NCBI GenBank assembly: GCA_965248925.1
Contig: CBDFLE010000006.1
Coordinates: forward strand, 64,001 to 128,000
DNA from: Candidatus Multivoradales bacterium
GTDB taxonomy: Bacteria > Acidobacteriota > Thermoanaerobaculia > Multivoradales > J023
DNA: 64,000 bases
Direction: 5' to 3'
This document shows positions 60,575 to 64,000 of this stretch, in pieces. The position numbers and the translations under genes were made by a program. The notes beneath the pieces were generated by a model that was not told the origin of the DNA, made no database searches, and was given only the letters and a program-made list of their open reading frames with translations. How positions within the stretch are numbered: position 1 is the first letter of the stretch; every line of letters begins with the position of its first letter.

Positions 60575-62992
60575 ATGAGCGACCTGTGGCGAGAGGCGCG
60601 CTTGGCCCTGCGAGGACTTCTCAAGCATCCCGGTTTCACCACCGTGGCACTATTGACGTTGACTCTGGGTATCGGCGCCACGACGTCGATATTCACCGTC
60701 GTGCGGCATGTTCTGCTCGAGCCCTTGCCCTATCCCGACCCCGATCGCCTTTTGCTGATCCAAGAGAAGAATCCGGAGGCGGGATTGCCACGCTTTTCGA
60801 TGTCGCCGCTAAATTTTCGCGACTACCGCGAGATGAGCACCTCCTTCGAGTACATGGCGGCGCGCAGCCGGGTTAGCTTGGCACTGATCGGCGAGGCCGG
60901 CAGCCTGCCACGGCAAATCGGGGGGCAGGCGGTGACCGCCGACTTTCTCGAAGTCATGGGCACACCGCCAGCTCTGGGCCGCGACATCGCTGCTGAGGAT
61001 GATCGGCTTGGGGCACCACCAGTGATTATCCTCGGCCACGGCCTGTGGCAAGATCTCGGTGGGGATCCAGGCATCCTCGGCAGCGATCTACGCATCGACG
61101 GGCAGATGACAGCGGTCATCGGCGTCTTGCCCAAAGACTTCCCCACCGCCACTGAAGCCCTGATCCCGCTGGCTCACGACTACGAGTCTTCGAACCGAGG
61201 CAGCCATTGGCTGCTCGGCTTCGGTCGGCTCAAGCCGGAAGTGACCTTGGACCAAGCTCGCATCGAGCTCACCACTCTGGCCGCGCGGCTGGCCGAGAGC
61301 TATCCGGCATCGAATACCGGCTGGGGCACGATCGCCGTTCCACTGCACCAGCGAATGGTCGAGAACATCCGGGTAGCGCTGTGGATGCTGCTAGCGGCAG
61401 TGGTCCTGGTGCTGCTGATCGCTTGCGCCAATGTCGCCCAGCTAACCCTGGCGCGGGTGGCCCAGCGCAGCCGCGAAATCGCCTTGCGCAGCGCACTCGG
61501 CGCCAGCCGCGGTCAGTTGACCCGCCAGCTGTTGATCGAGAGCCTGCTGTTGGCATTGGCCGCCGGCATCCTCGGCACGGCTTTGGCGACCCGCGGCACG
61601 GCCTGGCTGGTGGCGCTGAACGGCGCAGAGATTCCACGCGCTGAGACCATCGGTGTCGATGGTGGCGTGCTGCTCTTTGCCCTGCTCGCAACTTTTGGCA
61701 CCGTCCTGCTCTTCGGCCTCCTGCCAGCATTGGCGGCCTCCAAGACCGATCTCGCGGGCGCCCTCAAAGAAGGTGGCCGGGGCCAGGCCGGAGCCGGCGG
61801 CAGCGCCCGGCTACGTAGCACCTTGGTGCTCAGCGAGGTGGCACTGGCGCTAGTGGTGTTGATCGGCGCGGGGCTACTAATCCGCAGCTTTGGCGAACTG
61901 TTGGCGGTAGAAGCGGGTTTCGAATCTGAATCGGTGTGGATTGCCACTGTTGATCTGCCAGAGAGCACTTACGCTGAAGAGAGCGCGCGCATCGAGTTCT
62001 TCGATCGGTGGATCCAAGGTGCTCGCGCACTGCCCGGGGTCAGCCTGGCCAGCACAGTGATGCCGATGCCCCTGTCGGGCAGCGATTGGGTCAATACCCT
62101 CTACCTCGAAGGCGAGCCCCTGCCCGAGCCCAATCAGGAACGCAACGCCAATATCCGCTTCGTCAGTGGAGATTACTTCGAAGCCCTGGCGATTCCGGTC
62201 CACCTGGGACGGCCGATCCTGGCCACCGACGACGCCGCCTCGGTGCCGGCAATCGTCGTCAACAAGAGTGCCGCCGAGCAGTTCTGGAATGGTCAAGACG
62301 TTCTCGGCAAGCGACTCTCCTTCGGCCGACCTGATGGTGACAACCCACGCTGGTACAGCGTCGTCGGAGTGGTCGGCAACGTTCACCACAGTGCCCTAGA
62401 CCGGGCGGTTCAACCGGCCGTCTATCGCTCGGTGCGGCAAGACGCACCTGATTCGGCCACTATCGTCTTGCGCACCACCGGCAGCGACCCAACGATCATC
62501 GCTCGACCGCTGCGATCCTTGCTGCAGAAACTCGACCCAGATCTGGTGCTGCGCCGCGAGCAGAGTGCTGCCGAGATGGTCGCCAACTCGATCGCCGAGC
62601 CTCGCTTCAACACCACGCTGCTAGCGATTTTCGCCGGTCTCGCTTTGATCTTGGCAGCGATTGGGGTCTTTGGCGTGGTGTCCTACGCGGTCAGTCTTCA
62701 GCAGCGCGAGTTTGGAGTGAGGATGGCCCTCGGGGCGCGTGCTGAGCAGATCGTCTCAAGGGTCCTCGGCCAAGCTTTGCGTCCGGTGCTAGCGGGGGTG
62801 GCGATCGGCATGGCGGTGGCGTTGATCGCTAGCCGGGTGCTGTCCAGCTTGGTCTACGGCATCAGCGTGTACGACCCAATCACCTACTTCGGTACCGGTG
62901 TCCTGCTGACCGCGGTAGCCGCCCTGGCTTGCCTGATTCCGGCCTGGAGAGTCACTCACCTTGACCCGATGGAGGCGCTGCGCGATGAGTAG
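60575..62992 (+). CDS. ADOP-type (MacB/FtsX duplicated) ABC permease
   Basis: PGFT.VA.LTL.LGIGATT.IF, VLLIACANVA, REIALR.ALGA, REFGVRMALGA, DPMEALR. Confidence 0.93.
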   Translation: MSDLWREARLALRGLLKHPGFTTVALLTLTLGIGATTSIFTVVRHVLLEPLPYPDPDRLLLIQEKNPEAGLPRFSMSPLNFRDYREMSTSFEYMAARSRVSLALIGEAGSLPRQIGGQAVTADFLEVMGTPPALGRDIAAEDDRLGAPPVIILGHGLWQDLGGDPGILGSDLRIDGQMTAVIGVLPKDFPTATEALIPLAHDYESSNRGSHWLLGFGRLKPEVTLDQARIELTTLAARLAESYPASNTGWGTIAVPLHQRMVENIRVALWMLLAAVVLVLLIACANVAQLTLARVAQRSREIALRSALGASRGQLTRQLLIESLLLALAAGILGTALATRGTAWLVALNGAEIPRAETIGVDGGVLLFALLATFGTVLLFGLLPALAASKTDLAGALKEGGRGQAGAGGSARLRSTLVLSEVALALVVLIGAGLLIRSFGELLAVEAGFESESVWIATVDLPESTYAEESARIEFFDRWIQGARALPGVSLASTVMPMPLSGSDWVNTLYLEGEPLPEPNQERNANIRFVSGDYFEALAIPVHLGRPILATDDAASVPAIVVNKSAAEQFWNGQDVLGKRLSFGRPDGDNPRWYSVVGVVGNVHHSALDRAVQPAVYRSVRQDAPDSATIVLRTTGSDPTIIARPLRSLLQKLDPDLVLRREQSAAEMVANSIAEPRFNTTLLAIFAGLALILAAIGVFGVVSYAVSLQQREFGVRMALGARAEQIVSRVLGQALRPVLAGVAIGMAVALIASRVLSSLVYGISVYDPITYFGTGVLLTAVAALACLIPAWRVTHLDPMEALRDE

Positions 62993-63033
62993 GTGGCGGC
63001 CAGAGGGGAGGTGCAGGTTCTTGGACCTACGAC

Positions 63034-64000
63034 TCAGGGCAGCTTGTGGCCATGACCTTCGAGGGGGATCTCGATCGGCTCGCCGGCCATGCTGCTCTCG
63101 ACCCGCAAAGTTGCCGAGCGGGAACCCGGAGAGGTGGGTGCGAAGCGCAACTCGACCGTGCAGCGCTGCCCCGGTGGAATTTGATGGCCTGAGCAGCCAT
63201 CGCTACCAAGGGCGAAAAACTCCGCGTCACGACCGCTCAAGCGCAACCTCCTGACCGTTAATCCGGCGCGGCCTTGGTTGCTCAGATTTAGCTGCCGGCT
63301 ACCCGCACGGCTCGCCGCCACCGCGCCAAAATCTAGCAGCATCGGCGTTACCAACAAGCGCGGCGAGACGCCAATCCCGGTCAAGGGAATTCTCAAGCGG
63401 TCGCCACCGGCATCGTGGACTAGTTCCAACACCGCGCGGTGCGGCCCATCACGGCGGGACTTGAAGCCCATCTCGATCGTGCAGCTAGTCCCCGCCGCCA
63501 AGGTTTTTCCCGAGCAACCATCGCGACGGGCCAAGAAACTCTGCGCATCACCACCGCGCACACGGATCTTGCCTAGCTCGAGCGGGCCGCTGCCATCGTT
63601 GCCAATCCGCAGCTCGGCCGACGGGCTGAGCGAACCCAGCGCGGCTTCGCCGAAGCTCAACCGTGAGGCAGCCACTGAAATCCCCGGCGCTGTACCGAGA
63701 CCGCTCAAGAGAATCTCTCGCGGCGCCTCTTCGAGCTGGTGATCGAGAATCAGCCGGGCGGTGAACGACCCGGCTTGCTGCGGCTCGAAGCCCACCGCCA
63801 CCGAGCAATGCGTACCCGGCTCCAGAAAGCTAGGGGTGCAATCCTCTTCGCCCAAGGTGAAAACCGTCTCCTCAGGGTCGAGAGTCAGCCCGCGAAGGGT
63901 CAGCGGCCCGTTGCCATCATTGGTCAGAGTAAGGCTGAGCCGTTCAGCGACCGAACCGCGCAGCACCGAGCCGAAATCAAGCGCGGTAGCATCGACGGTC
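63034..64000 (-). CDS. Ig-like (ASH / choice-of-anchor D-like) repeat surface protein, 5' truncated by window
   Basis: Three ~105-aa repeats L.FG.......L.N.G...L......C....L..G..C.V.V.F.P...G...A.L. Confidence 0.85.
   Translation of the reverse strand, partial: TVDATALDFGSVLRGSVAERLSLTLTNDGNGPLTLRGLTLDPEETVFTLGEEDCTPSFLEPGTHCSVAVGFEPQQAGSFTARLILDHQLEEAPREILLSGLGTAPGISVAASRLSFGEAALGSLSPSAELRIGNDGSGPLELGKIRVRGGDAQSFLARRDGCSGKTLAAGTSCTIEMGFKSRRDGPHRAVLELVHDAGGDRLRIPLTGIGVSPRLLVTPMLLDFGAVAASRAGSRQLNLSNQGRAGLTVRRLRLSGRDAEFFALGSDGCSGHQIPPGQRCTVELRFAPTSPGSRSATLRVESSMAGEPIEIPLEGHGHKLP

Overview
GC-rich bacterial chromosomal segment, by inference Acidobacteriota (Thermoanaerobaculia-like), judged from two ADOP-type permeases, an acidobacterial VWA protein and the VPAATLLLPYFEVD exported family. 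Housekeeping genes (parE, aat, lepA, hemW, mnmA, sppA, thyA, folA, fumC) are interleaved with accessory loci. (1) A three-gene minus-strand island between lepA and hemW encodes a TIR domain fused to a chymotrypsin-fold domain with an altered catalytic triad (GDCG), plus a VapBC pair whose toxin has lost conserved acidic residues. (2) A 448-codon exported-protein gene is duplicated, with conserved 5' leaders and terminators; one copy has an in-frame TGG>TAG. (3) A self-contained 12-codon sORF/structured-RNA unit lies at 22.2-22.4 kb. (4) An intact IS21 (TSD GGCCT) sits inside a second transposon (19-bp TIRs, TSD GAGAC) whose transposase can be rebuilt exactly and which carries three copies of a palindrome. 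(5) A divergent ECF sigma/anti-sigma and BlaI locus is cut off by a RAYT fragment, next to a decayed MoxR-DUF58-DUF4129 operon. (6) A coupled permease - GT4(+RRE-like tail) - GT2/luciferase-like monooxygenase fusion - permease cluster may be an undescribed modification pathway. No rRNA, tRNA or CRISPR array was recognised. All family assignments come from motif recognition by eye, not from database searches.
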